A stretch of DNA of 60,370 bases from Methanomassiliicoccaceae archaeon (GCA_003135935.1 PNBI01000101.1:1-60370), one strand, 5' to 3'; positions 28,750-37,834 are shown, numbered from the stretch's first letter. The notes: generated by a model from the letters alone, not told the origin. Program-made: numbers and translations.

Positions 28750-30393
28750 GTGACTCTGAGCAGGCTCAAAGATGAGGAGAAGTCCAAGCTTCTCGTCCTT
28801 GCAGAATCCTTGGTACCCAAGGAGCAGATTCACTCTCTCTGCGCATATGGCTCAAAGGTCGCTGGGCTGGAAAAGCAAGACTCGGACTATGATATCATCA
28901 TTGTAACGAAGGACTTCGAAGGAAGTATACCGGACAAACCTGACCAGGCAGCGAAGAAATCCTTGCCAATCATAGTGGATGCAGCGGCTCTGCTCAATGC
29001 AGCGCAACGGCCTGCACTCGGGGAGTCAATAATTGGCAGATTTCTGAACGTTTACGAGCCCTTAATCAACGAGGAATACTTGCGGAAGGTCGAGGTCGAG
29101 TACAAGAAAAGGGTCATTGCTGAAGAGCTGATGGAGATCCAGTCCGACTATGGAGACTTCTCTTCGAACTTGATTATTCCGTATGAATACTTCCTCTTCG
29201 ATAGGTTGCACAAGCGGGCACTCGAATATCCAGGTGCGATCGAGAGCTTTGCCAACATCTATGGTGGCGACCTTAAAGTTGAGAACTTGGAGCTAACGCT
29301 TCGAGGTTTCCGCGACGGTGCGGAACTGCTCGCCTCTCAAGGGATAATAGAGAAGACCGAGGATTCGGTCAGGATCTTCAGGGACAGGAGGAAGCGCAAG
29401 AGCGCGCTTGCCATGCTATACAAAATGTATCCTTTGACGACACGGGGCGCCATCAAATATGCATTTCATACCTTAGCCAGCGGATTGGGTGTTGAGTCCA
29501 GAACCAGGCCCCTCCTCAAGTTGAGGTTCATCGACAAGATCAAGCCCATCGTCGAGCTCGACCGGCCCAACAAACTGCTGAAGCTTGAAGAAGGGGTCAT
29601 CTTTGACGATGCTAGTAAGGCTGTCGAAGAGATCGCGTTGCTGTCGGGGTTTAATTCCTCCTACGAATCCAAGGAGAAGAAGAAAGGCGACGTCACCAAT
29701 GCAAGCAAAGAGCTCGAGATCTGGGATGATAGCAAACGGGCGAAGTTCATACTCAAGCAGTTTCCGCAATTGAAGTCTGTCAAATGGGTCCTCCTCAACC
29801 TTTGGTCGGTCGCTGCCAAGAGGTTCAATATGAGCCCTCTTTCCAGGCTCAATAGGGAGGTCGAGGCCGTAAGGAGATTGCATGGATTGGGGATCAAGAC
29901 GCATCGCATAACCGGGATCATCTTGGGCGAAAGGACGCTGGTTACGGAGTATTTCGAGGGAGAGCCGCTCGACAAGTCCGTCCAGGAGATCACGGACGGG
30001 AAGAGCACCGATACTAGTGATATCAAGAAATATGCGCAGATTCTGGGCAGGCTCCACAAGGCCGGCTTGGTGTATGGAGATACCAAGCCGCAGAACGCGC
30101 TAGTCGGCAAGGACGGAATCTACCTACTGGACCTGGAACAGGCAGTGGAGAGAGGGGACAGGGCATGGGACCTCGCCGAGTTCCTCTACTATTCTGCGAA
30201 GGTCGCAAAAAAGGGGGAAGGAATGAAGCTGGTGGCCGAATCCTTCCTTTTGGCCTATCGTTCAGAGAATGGCTATCAGGTCATCGCGAAAGCAGGGAAC
30301 AAGAGATACCTCACCCCGTTCCTGATCTTCCTTAAGCCAGAGATGAGAAAGGTGGTAAGAGACGCAATAGCAGACTACTCTGTACCTGAATGA
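28750..30393 (+). CDS. Pol-beta-type nucleotidyltransferase fused to a RIO/Bud32/Kdo-like kinase
   Basis: N-terminal YGS...DSDYD; C-terminal ILK, REV, LVTEYFEG, GDTKPQN, LLDLEQ, WDLAEF. Confidence 0.85.
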   Translation: MTLSRLKDEEKSKLLVLAESLVPKEQIHSLCAYGSKVAGLEKQDSDYDIIIVTKDFEGSIPDKPDQAAKKSLPIIVDAAALLNAAQRPALGESIIGRFLNVYEPLINEEYLRKVEVEYKKRVIAEELMEIQSDYGDFSSNLIIPYEYFLFDRLHKRALEYPGAIESFANIYGGDLKVENLELTLRGFRDGAELLASQGIIEKTEDSVRIFRDRRKRKSALAMLYKMYPLTTRGAIKYAFHTLASGLGVESRTRPLLKLRFIDKIKPIVELDRPNKLLKLEEGVIFDDASKAVEEIALLSGFNSSYESKEKKKGDVTNASKELEIWDDSKRAKFILKQFPQLKSVKWVLLNLWSVAAKRFNMSPLSRLNREVEAVRRLHGLGIKTHRITGIILGERTLVTEYFEGEPLDKSVQEITDGKSTDTSDIKKYAQILGRLHKAGLVYGDTKPQNALVGKDGIYLLDLEQAVERGDRAWDLAEFLYYSAKVAKKGEGMKLVAESFLLAYRSENGYQVIAKAGNKRYLTPFLIFLKPEMRKVVRDAIADYSVPE

Positions 30394-30439
30394 TATCGTT
30401 GAGTCGACGGCAAATCAGTTAGATCGGATGGAATCGCTT

Positions 30440-31165
30440 CTAAGCGATCACTTTTCGGATCTTGATCTCCTCTCCCTTGAAGGTGAATAACTTCGGCTTT
30501 CCGCCCATAAGCTCGACATAGGTGTTGTTCGGGCTTTCACCGTCGACCCATGAACCGGAGTTAACGACATTCTCCTCCGAATTGATGAAAGGTTGATGCG
30601 TATGGCCAAAAACGATTATCTGTCCTGGTTTGCCTCGAACTTCATCAAGGGCGCGCTTCTGAATGTCCTCTATAAGGTCCTTGAGCCTTTCCTGGGGCTT
30701 CGCATGGAAGTTGCCAGCGATCATCAGGAGGGAATCGGACATGACGTGGCAGTACACCTCCATTATCGGCTTCATGAATTCCAGCTCGCCTCCATATTCG
30801 AACTCGTAGCCATGCATGAACCGATAGGTATGGGCGCCATCCTTCAGCTCCAGGCTTTCCGAGAACTCGAATGGATAATGGTAATGAGGCGCTCGGTTCT
30901 TCAATCTCAATAGATGGTAGTCATGGTTGCCAGCGACCCAATGCACTTTGATCTTGCTTTGCAGTTCTCTGATGATCCTAATCGTGTCCAGGTTCTCCAG
31001 GAAAATGCCAGAAGCATCCCTATGCCACATGTCCACGATGTCTCCCAGGAGTACCAGGTCGGTCAACTTCTTGTCCTCATGAAGCGAATCAAGGAACTCG
31101 ATGAACGCGGGTTCGTTGCTTTTCTCAGCGCCAAGGTGGATGTCAGAAACTGTAATGATCTTCAC
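30440..31165 (-). CDS. calcineurin-like metallophosphoesterase (LpxH-like)
   Basis: SDIHLG, GDIVD, GNHD, HG, GHTH, NSGSW. Confidence 0.9.
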   Translation of the reverse strand: MKIITVSDIHLGAEKSNEPAFIEFLDSLHEDKKLTDLVLLGDIVDMWHRDASGIFLENLDTIRIIRELQSKIKVHWVAGNHDYHLLRLKNRAPHYHYPFEFSESLELKDGAHTYRFMHGYEFEYGGELEFMKPIMEVYCHVMSDSLLMIAGNFHAKPQERLKDLIEDIQKRALDEVRGKPGQIIVFGHTHQPFINSEENVVNSGSWVDGESPNNTYVELMGGKPKLFTFKGEEIKIRKVIA

Positions 31166-31226
31166 ATAACTCCCAATGGAACGATTCTAACTCGGAATAT
31201 ATAACCTAGTTGAAGAAGTGGTCAGA

Positions 31227-31540
31227 TCAAGCCCGTTTCGTCGACTCCTCGATCCAATCCAGATATGGCTGATAGCCGTCAGCGATGTCCTCCTTGATGA
31301 TGCAGGGAATCTCATCCGGATGCATGGAGCGGATCGATTCAGCCACAAAATGAAAATCTGATGAGCGTATCTTCAAGAGCAGGACCCACTCGTCGCTATT
31401 CTCGATCTTGCCCCTCCATCGGTAGGTCGATCGGCAAGGGAAGAAGTTGGCGCAAGCGGCCAATCTCTTCTCCACCAGCTCAGCGCCTACGACGCCGCAA
31501 TCTCCTCACTCGGGGCTGTGACAAAGACCGTTGCGAACAT
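31227..31540 (-). pseudogene. cutA: cutA divalent-cation tolerance gene with a frameshift (pseudogene or sequence error)
   Basis: ATG 31540 gives MFATVFVTAPSEEIA then TAG; the continuation VGAELVEKRLAACAN...STYRWRG...HPDEIPCI...YLDWI is in another frame. Confidence 0.8.
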
Positions 31541-31549
31541 TTTCTTGGA

Positions 31550-31861
31550 TTACGAATGTTCCATTTGATAGTCCAATTCGATCTTCTTCTGTATCTCTTC
31601 CCAATTCAGCATTTGAAATGGGATCAGGGTTTCTGTCTTCTGCACATATGGCAGCAATCTGATTTTCAGGATCCTGCTGTCGATGTCGTGCGCATTCCCC
31701 GTCAGTGAGATGACAAAGTCGAAGTTGCCATGCACGAAATCCACCCTCTCCACCTTGGAGTCGGTTATCAACCTCTTCGACACAACCTCGTTGGCGAACT
31801 CCTGCTCCATGCCTGGTTGGATTGCGATAAGCACGTAGGCGCGACCATTGTCGTTATCCAC
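31550..31861 (-). CDS. Lrp/AsnC ligand-binding-domain-only protein
   Basis: AYVLI...PG.E, VHGNFDFVI, IRLLPYVQKTETLI. Confidence 0.8.
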   Translation of the reverse strand: MDNDNGRAYVLIAIQPGMEQEFANEVVSKRLITDSKVERVDFVHGNFDFVISLTGNAHDIDSRILKIRLLPYVQKTETLIPFQMLNWEEIQKKIELDYQMEHS

Positions 31862-31944
31862 AGTACACCACCGTGAATAATCTAGTATGGAATGGGTTAA
31901 TATCGATTTCTATAGAAGCGGGCAAAATACCGAAACGACCAAGG

Positions 31945-32222
31945 TCATGTCAGCCTCCTGCCACAATTACCACAGAACTGCATGCCCTCCACTGAAGCTC
32001 CGCAGCCCGGGCATCGAGTCGGACCCGACTGAGGTTGCATTCCGCCTGCATTGTTGGCAAGGAACCGCCATCCGGCGTCGACAGCGTTCTGCCACGACTC
32101 ATAAAGACGAATGCGCGACAATGCCGGCCATTGCAATAATCCCAACGATGAGGATTACGATCCACAAGGGCATCTGGCCTGAGCCAATTGCGTTCGTCGC
32201 CGACGCCGCTGTCCTTTTGATT
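31945..32222 (-). pseudogene. decayed 3' end of a membrane-anchored protein with zinc-ribbon tail
   Basis: Three successive frames join into MPLWIVILIVGIIAMAGIVA / AFVFMSRGR... / GMQPQSGPTRCPGCGASVEGMQFCGNCGRRLT. Confidence 0.6.
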
Positions 32223-32365
32223 GAACGAATTCACATTGGCAGATTCATTGGCATATGGCATGCGTTAACCGAATTGGAAGAATGAGCTTCTTTGGCCTTG
32301 GTGTGTTTTATTACCGCCTTTCTCCAATGCCATCTAATAACAATCTCGATAGTTGATGTGATACA

Positions 32366-33301
32366 TTGGGCCAAACCCGTGAGATATCGTGCGAGGGCAT
32401 TACCAAGGTATACGATGGCAACAAGACCGCTTTGTCATCGATAGATTTCGCCATACCTGCTCATGGCATCTTCGCCGTAATAGGTCGGAACGGCGCAGGC
32501 AAGACCACATTGGCCAGGATACTCTCGACCCTACTCGAACCAACCTCGGGGAAAGCGACCATCGACGGCCTGGACGTGATGGCTGATGCAAATAAGCTCC
32601 GGGAACGGATGGCTGTGGTGCCCCAGGAGGGAAGAACGGTCGCTTGGATGACGCCTGTTCAGACCGTCTCCGCTTATCTGTTGTGGCGAGGCATCAGCTA
32701 CAAGGAATCTCTCAAACGGGCAGGGGAAGCTGTCGCCCGTGTAGGTCTGGAGGATCAAGCGGACCGCTTGAATCGGACTCTTTCGGGCGGGATGAAGCGC
32801 AAGGTTCTGGTGGCGATGGTTCTCGCCTCCGATTCCGAGTTCATTTTCCTCGACGAGCCTAGCACCGGTCTCGATCCCATCTCCAGGCAGCAACTGTGGC
32901 GGCTCTTGATCGAACTGGGGAAGGACCGGTTCGTCCTGCTCACCACCCATTACCTGGAGGAGGCGGAGCGCGTCGCTGACCGCATCGGGATCCTCAATAA
33001 CGGAAGGCTGATGGCCATCGGCAATATGCCTGAGCTGCGGGGGCGGCTTGAGCACCAGTATAGCCTCAAAGTGCCTGCGGGACTAGACCTTCAGGTCAAG
33101 GTGGGAGAGACCGTGGATCTGGAGAACGGCCAATTGCAAGTACTAACAACGCAGGACGAGGCCTTGAGAATATCCAAGAACCTGATCGAGGCAAAGGCCC
33201 AGTTCTCGGTGAACCCGATCACGCTGGACGACATCTTCACCTACACGGTCGGCAGCATCGACGCGGAGGTCAGGGAGGATAAGGAGGCGGACGAGGAATG
33301 A
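32366..33301 (+). CDS. ABC-2 type exporter ATP-binding subunit
   Basis: GRNGAGKTT, LSGGMKRK, FLDEPSTGLD, TTHYLEEAE. Confidence 0.95.
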   Translation: MGQTREISCEGITKVYDGNKTALSSIDFAIPAHGIFAVIGRNGAGKTTLARILSTLLEPTSGKATIDGLDVMADANKLRERMAVVPQEGRTVAWMTPVQTVSAYLLWRGISYKESLKRAGEAVARVGLEDQADRLNRTLSGGMKRKVLVAMVLASDSEFIFLDEPSTGLDPISRQQLWRLLIELGKDRFVLLTTHYLEEAERVADRIGILNNGRLMAIGNMPELRGRLEHQYSLKVPAGLDLQVKVGETVDLENGQLQVLTTQDEALRISKNLIEAKAQFSVNPITLDDIFTYTVGSIDAEVREDKEADEE

Positions 33302-34038
33302 GCCGGCTGGGAAGCCAGATACTGGCATCTATCCTTGTGAACGCGGTCTACGAGATGAAGAACTATCCCGCGGTCCTTGTCATCACAGTCCTATCCCCAC
33401 TTTCCTTTCTCACTTTGATCTTCTTCATCAGCGGAGGAACGCTGCTAGCCGTCGGGATCGTGGGCGGGCTCATAATGACTATGTTCTCAGCCGGTACATC
33501 GCTCCAGGCCGACCTGTCTCATCTGAAGAACGACTTCAAGCTCCAGGACATGGTGGTGGGCTCGCCGACGAGCGCCTCAGTCTACGTCACCGGGATGGCG
33601 CTATCGGAACTGATCTACACCTCACCCGCTTTGGTCATTTTGGCATTATTGTTCGGACTGTTCGTGCACGTGGAGCTCGTCATGGTCCTGGGGATCGTCA
33701 TCGTCATGTTACTGATGTTCCTCACGTCGATTTCGCTTGGATTCGCTTTCGCCACATTCTCATCGGACATAGTGCAGAGCTTCGCGTTCACTCGTTTGCT
33801 CTCCCTGCTATTCACAACCCTTGCACCGGTCTATTATCCAATCACCCTAATACCGATGCCGTGGAGATACCTGGCATATCTCTCGCCCACGACCTATGCG
33901 GCCGAGATCGGGCACGACCTCATCGGATTCCTGAGCCTCTCAGCGGACATGCTCATAATCGATTGGGTGGTCCTCTTGGGCCTCACCATCATATTCCTCT
34001 GGGTCGGGACGAAGAAGGCCAGATGGAGAGAGAAGTGA
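33298..34038 (+). CDS. ABC-2 type exporter permease
   Basis: About six TM helices, APVYYPI...LSPTTY; ATGA overlap with the ATPase. Confidence 0.9.
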   Translation: MSRLGSQILASILVNAVYEMKNYPAVLVITVLSPLSFLTLIFFISGGTLLAVGIVGGLIMTMFSAGTSLQADLSHLKNDFKLQDMVVGSPTSASVYVTGMALSELIYTSPALVILALLFGLFVHVELVMVLGIVIVMLLMFLTSISLGFAFATFSSDIVQSFAFTRLLSLLFTTLAPVYYPITLIPMPWRYLAYLSPTTYAAEIGHDLIGFLSLSADMLIIDWVVLLGLTIIFLWVGTKKARWREK

Positions 34039-34096
34039 ATTCTAATCAGACCTGAGCATATAGATTCTATATTGCTATCCATTGGTTATCGTAATC

Positions 34097-35566
34097 TCAA
34101 ACATGGCCCTTGTCTCTCTTTTCGTGGCCCATGGCCCTCTTCTCCTTCCCCCGCAGGATGGAGAGAACAAAGGCGACCATGAGCAGCAAGATGGATACCA
34201 GCATGGCCGATCGCATGCCGTCGATGAAGGCGGTGGCCAATGGCCCGCTTATCCCTTCACCTACGCCCAGGAAGATCTGGAAGGCGAGGTCGCGGGGAAT
34301 GGCTATTGAGGCGAAGAAGATAGCCACTGCGAAACTGCAGACCATGCCTAGGTTCGACATGGTTCTCAACAGCCCAGCGCTGATCCCGTATGAATGAGGC
34401 GGGGCATTGGCCATCACTGCGCTGGTGTTCGCTGGGAAGAAGGTACTTGTGCCCGCCCCGCTGAGGACCGAGCCGAGGACCACGATTAGCACTGACGTGT
34501 CCAAGGCAAGCGTCGAATAGACCAGAATGCCACAGATCTGTAGGAGAAGCCCAAGCGATGCGATCACCCGCGCTCCCTTGTAGTCGGACAACCTGCCCGA
34601 GAACGGTGCTATTAGTCCGCCTAGAACGTAGCCTGGAATCAGAAGGAGTGACGCGTCCCAGGGGGTCATCCCCCGAGGCCCTTGAAGGTACATTATCACC
34701 AGGAAGATCACCGCATAGCTTGCCAGGGCCTGGAAGAAAGCCGCCAAAGAGGATGACCGGAAAATCCTGTCCCTGAATAGTGAGAAATCCAGGAAGGGAT
34801 TGGAGGCATACCTCTCCCAAAGGAAGAAGGCGATCAGGGCGACCAATCCAGCCACAAATTCGATACCGTATTCGGTTGTCAATCCAGAGCCAGTGATATC
34901 GGTTATGGCCACCAGGATCAGCAGCAGGCTGGTTCCCATGAGAACTATCCCACCAAGGTCGATGGTTTGTCTCTTCCTAGGAGATCGCTCCTGCAGGAGA
35001 TAGTATCCGGCGATGGTCGCGAAGATCCCGATGGGGATGTTGATGAAGAAGATGTAGCGCCAGGTCAGGAAGGTGACGAAGAACCCGCCCACCAGGATGC
35101 CCAGCACCGCGCCGATCGACCATCCCATGCCGGTAATGCCGAACGCCTTCCCCCGCTCCCTCTGATGGAATGTGTCTGCGATGATCGCCCCACTGTTGGA
35201 GGAGATGAAGGCGCCCCCGACCCCCTGAAGCACTCGGAAAGCGATCAATTGGGTGCCATCCTGCGATAAGCCGCAAAGCAGCGAGCCGAAGGTGAATAGG
35301 GCAAACCCAAGATTGTACATGCGGACCCGTCCGAACATGTCCCCAAGCTTGCCCACCTGAGTGCCAAGAATGGTAATGATCAAGAGATATGCCAGCAGGA
35401 CCCAGATCATGCTCAGGATGTCGGTGTTGAGATCCTGCTTCATCACTGGGAGGCCCAATACAACCGCAGTGGTATCGATCGCGCTCATCGTGACGCCCAG
35501 CATGATAATCACGATTGCAACGGTGCGGTACTTCTTCTCCTTCGGAGAGTGCGGAGCCTCAAGCAT
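34097..35566 (-). CDS. MFS transporter, DHA2 (EmrB/QacA) family
   Basis: DTTAVVLGLP, GKLGDMFGR, FRVLQGVGGA, WRYIFFINIPIG; about 14 TM helices. Confidence 0.95.
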   Translation of the reverse strand: MLEAPHSPKEKKYRTVAIVIIMLGVTMSAIDTTAVVLGLPVMKQDLNTDILSMIWVLLAYLLIITILGTQVGKLGDMFGRVRMYNLGFALFTFGSLLCGLSQDGTQLIAFRVLQGVGGAFISSNSGAIIADTFHQRERGKAFGITGMGWSIGAVLGILVGGFFVTFLTWRYIFFINIPIGIFATIAGYYLLQERSPRKRQTIDLGGIVLMGTSLLLILVAITDITGSGLTTEYGIEFVAGLVALIAFFLWERYASNPFLDFSLFRDRIFRSSSLAAFFQALASYAVIFLVIMYLQGPRGMTPWDASLLLIPGYVLGGLIAPFSGRLSDYKGARVIASLGLLLQICGILVYSTLALDTSVLIVVLGSVLSGAGTSTFFPANTSAVMANAPPHSYGISAGLLRTMSNLGMVCSFAVAIFFASIAIPRDLAFQIFLGVGEGISGPLATAFIDGMRSAMLVSILLLMVAFVLSILRGKEKRAMGHEKRDKGHV

Positions 35567-35698
35567 TGAAGGCCGGGGACGTTCGCCCCTTCCTATATCC
35601 TTTGCGATGGAATGCGAGTTCGTTGGGTGCTTCGAAGAAGAAAAGGTCGCAGTCAGTAAATACCAAGTCTAACCCTATTATCACGCACTGGTGGACTG

Positions 35699-36025
35699 AT
35701 GAAGAGCTGCGTATTGCTGATGAAACTGCCATGCACCGAGGGCGAATCCTGGCGCATCGGGGAGGCCATCCGGGCCAAGGGAGACTCCCTTTTCCTGCTC
35801 GGCGATGCAGTAGCCATCTGCCGAAAGGAATACCGCGGGCATGCCGCCTCCATTGTGAGTAGCGTATTGAGCAAGGGCGCAAAGGTGAACGCGAGCGCCA
35901 GGGACCTCCGCGCTCGGGGCATCGAGGCTTCGGAGCTTCCTGAGGGGGTCAAGGTCATCGAAGATATCGAGGGTGATTTCATAGATGTGACGATGGACCA
36001 AGCAGATCGGGTGATAGCGTGGTAG
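35699..36025 (+). CDS. DsrH/TusB-family sulfur relay protein
   Basis: LFLLGDAV, DLRARGI, ends DRVIAW. Confidence 0.85.
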   Translation: MKSCVLLMKLPCTEGESWRIGEAIRAKGDSLFLLGDAVAICRKEYRGHAASIVSSVLSKGAKVNASARDLRARGIEASELPEGVKVIEDIEGDFIDVTMDQADRVIAW

Positions 36026-36423
36026 AGAAGAAGACGCTGACGATCATGCTAGCTTCAGCTCCACTCGGTAGCCAATATGCGGACCACATGTGCCGGGTCG
36101 CCCTGCGGGCGCTGGAGAAGGGACATGAGGTGGAGATATTCCTTTATGGGGATGCGGTCCATGCGCAGATGAACCATCAATCCCCAAAGCTCTTCTTCCC
36201 CGTGGGGGAGAAGCTTAAGGAACTGGTCGTGAAGGGAGCTAAGGTCTACAGCTGCGAGATCTGCTCTGTAGCTCGGGGCTACATTTCCGGTCAGCTGACG
36301 CCTGACGGCAAGAAGGACTACTCCTCCACCAAAGTTCTCGACGGCATTCAGTTCACTACCATCTTCGGCTTCGTTGAATCGCTGGCTAGGGCGGACAAGG
36401 TGCTCTCGTTCGGAGGCGGGTAG
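36019..36423 (+). CDS. DsrE/TusD-family sulfur relay protein
   Basis: IFLYGDAV, CEICSVARG (persulfide-Cys region), ADKVLSF. Confidence 0.85.
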   Translation: MVEKKTLTIMLASAPLGSQYADHMCRVALRALEKGHEVEIFLYGDAVHAQMNHQSPKLFFPVGEKLKELVVKGAKVYSCEICSVARGYISGQLTPDGKKDYSSTKVLDGIQFTTIFGFVESLARADKVLSFGGG

Positions 36424-36424
36424 C

Positions 36425-36787
36425 ATGCCCAAGTTGGTGATCGAGATCATCCACGGTCCATATGGACGCGAGAACGCTTACGCCGGGCTCTTCATTGCCA
36501 TGGGCTGGGTTGCCGTGGGGAATGAGGTCATCGTGGCATTGCACGGTGATGGAGTCTACGCCGCAAGGAAGGGGCAAAAGGACCCAATGAAGGAGATCAG
36601 CCTGCCTTCTGTCGAGAAGCAGGTGATGGACATTCTCGAGGAGGGCGGAAGGGTGATCGCGGATCGCACGTGCATCGAGGTACGCGGTCTGGACAAGGAG
36701 ATGCTGATCATGGGCGTAGAGGTGCTCGATGGCGATGACCTGGTCGAGTTGGTCTTCAAAGAAGGCGAGCGCGTAATCACACTATGA
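36425..36787 (+). CDS. DsrF/TusC-like (DsrE superfamily) protein
   Basis: HGPYGRE, LHGDGVYAARKGQ, CIEVRGL; start ATG 36425. Confidence 0.85.
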   Translation: MPKLVIEIIHGPYGRENAYAGLFIAMGWVAVGNEVIVALHGDGVYAARKGQKDPMKEISLPSVEKQVMDILEEGGRVIADRTCIEVRGLDKEMLIMGVEVLDGDDLVELVFKEGERVITL

Positions 36788-36796
36788 GGTGATTTC

Positions 36797-37024
36797 CTGA
36801 CTGATGAGAAGCTTGACTGCCTTGGCTTGGTCTGCCCTCGTCCCCTGTTCGAGACGCTCAAACGATTGAAGCGTATGTCCATAGGACAGACCGTCGAGGT
36901 CATCGGAGATTATCCTCCCTCAGTGCCGGAGATCACCGAAATGATGAGCAAGCAAGGACAAGAAGTCATCTCATCGAATCACGAGGGACCAATATGGCAT
37001 ATCCTAATCCGGAAAACGAAGTAG
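36797..37024 (+). CDS. tusA: TusA/SirA sulfur carrier, probable CTG start
   Basis: LDCLGLVCPRP signature; GAGGTGA SD at 36786-36792 then CTG at 36797. Confidence 0.85.
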   Translation: MTDEKLDCLGLVCPRPLFETLKRLKRMSIGQTVEVIGDYPPSVPEITEMMSKQGQEVISSNHEGPIWHILIRKTK

Positions 37025-37062
37025 ATTGAAGATATCCTGGTTAAATCCTCGACTAAGCCTCT

Positions 37063-37314
37063 TTACTTCTTTTTCTTTTCGAACCAATCCTGTGCCGTCG
37101 TCACCGTCCAGCCCTTTTCCTTGGCGAAAAGGTAGCTCACGACGTGAGTGCCGACCTCGCATTTCTTTGCGTCATAATGCCCCTTCAGACAGCCAACAAT
37201 GGCCTTGACGCCCTTGTCCTCTTCAATGGTGATGGTCCGGATCGAATTCTTGTCATACTTGTCGAGATTCTCGTGGCCGCTCCTGATGAATTCCTTTGTC
37301 TCTTCCCATGGCAT
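37063..37314 (-). CDS. small conserved-looking hypothetical protein (83 aa)
   Basis: MPWEETKEFIRSGH...RTITI...GVKAIVG...SYLF.K.KGWT...A..WF; well-formed ORF. Confidence 0.7.
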   Translation of the reverse strand: MPWEETKEFIRSGHENLDKYDKNSIRTITIEEDKGVKAIVGCLKGHYDAKKCEVGTHVVSYLFAKEKGWTVTTAQDWFEKKKK

Positions 37315-37561
37315 CTAGATCGCCTTTTTAGCATCCATAGCTGAGGGTATTTCAACCCTTCCCACGCGAGAGCGGTCTATCAAGTCTATTTCGAAGCACT
37401 CAGTATTCAATGTTTGGCGATTCTTGGCACGGTTTCCGTTTTCTCCCTTTCCTAAGGACGGCTTGCTCAATCTAACGAAGAACCAAATAGTAGGCGGTCC
37501 AAACTTGTATCCACAAATGACTGGGGCAGAGAATCTGTGCCTGGTCTTGAGGATGAATAGC

Positions 37562-37714
37562 ATGAAAGGAAAAGTCAGGACCGATATAGACAAGGGAATT
37601 GAGGACGTTCAGAAGGGAGTCAGGAGTGGCATTAAGGAAGTCCAGAAGGGTGCCAGGGACGTTGGACAGGGCATCGACAAGGAAGTCAAGAAAGTACAGA
37701 AAAAACTGAAGTGA
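37562..37714 (+). CDS. small hydrophilic repeat protein (hydrophilin/LEA-like)
   Basis: MKGKVRTDIDKGIEDVQKGVRSGIKEVQKGARDVGQGIDKEVKKVQKKLK with 11-residue periodicity; GAGG SD. Confidence 0.7.
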   Translation: MKGKVRTDIDKGIEDVQKGVRSGIKEVQKGARDVGQGIDKEVKKVQKKLK

Positions 37715-37749
37715 GATCAGGATCTCTTCCTAAGTCCCAGGACGCGAAT

Positions 37750-37803
37750 CCGCAGCGGCATCAATAAAAGCTGCAATTGACAAGCCTTGATTGATCGCTG
37801 CGG
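37750..37803. terminator. imperfect inverted repeat between convergent genes (possible terminator or structured RNA)
   Basis: CCGCAGCG(GC)ATCAAT ... ATTGATCGCTGCGG arms, with extra inner pairing. Confidence 0.4.
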
Positions 37804-37834
37804 AGAAACCCCAAATTTCCAGAATTTGGATCGC

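Noticed and set aside
31487..31489. In-frame TAG in cutA as a possible pyrrolysine codon
   Set aside because: The conserved downstream sequence is in a different frame, so read-through would not restore CutA.
36785..36787. TGA between the DsrF-like gene and tusA as a selenocysteine codon
   Set aside because: It falls at the natural DsrF C-terminus, not a catalytic Cys position, and an SD plus CTG explains independent tusA initiation.
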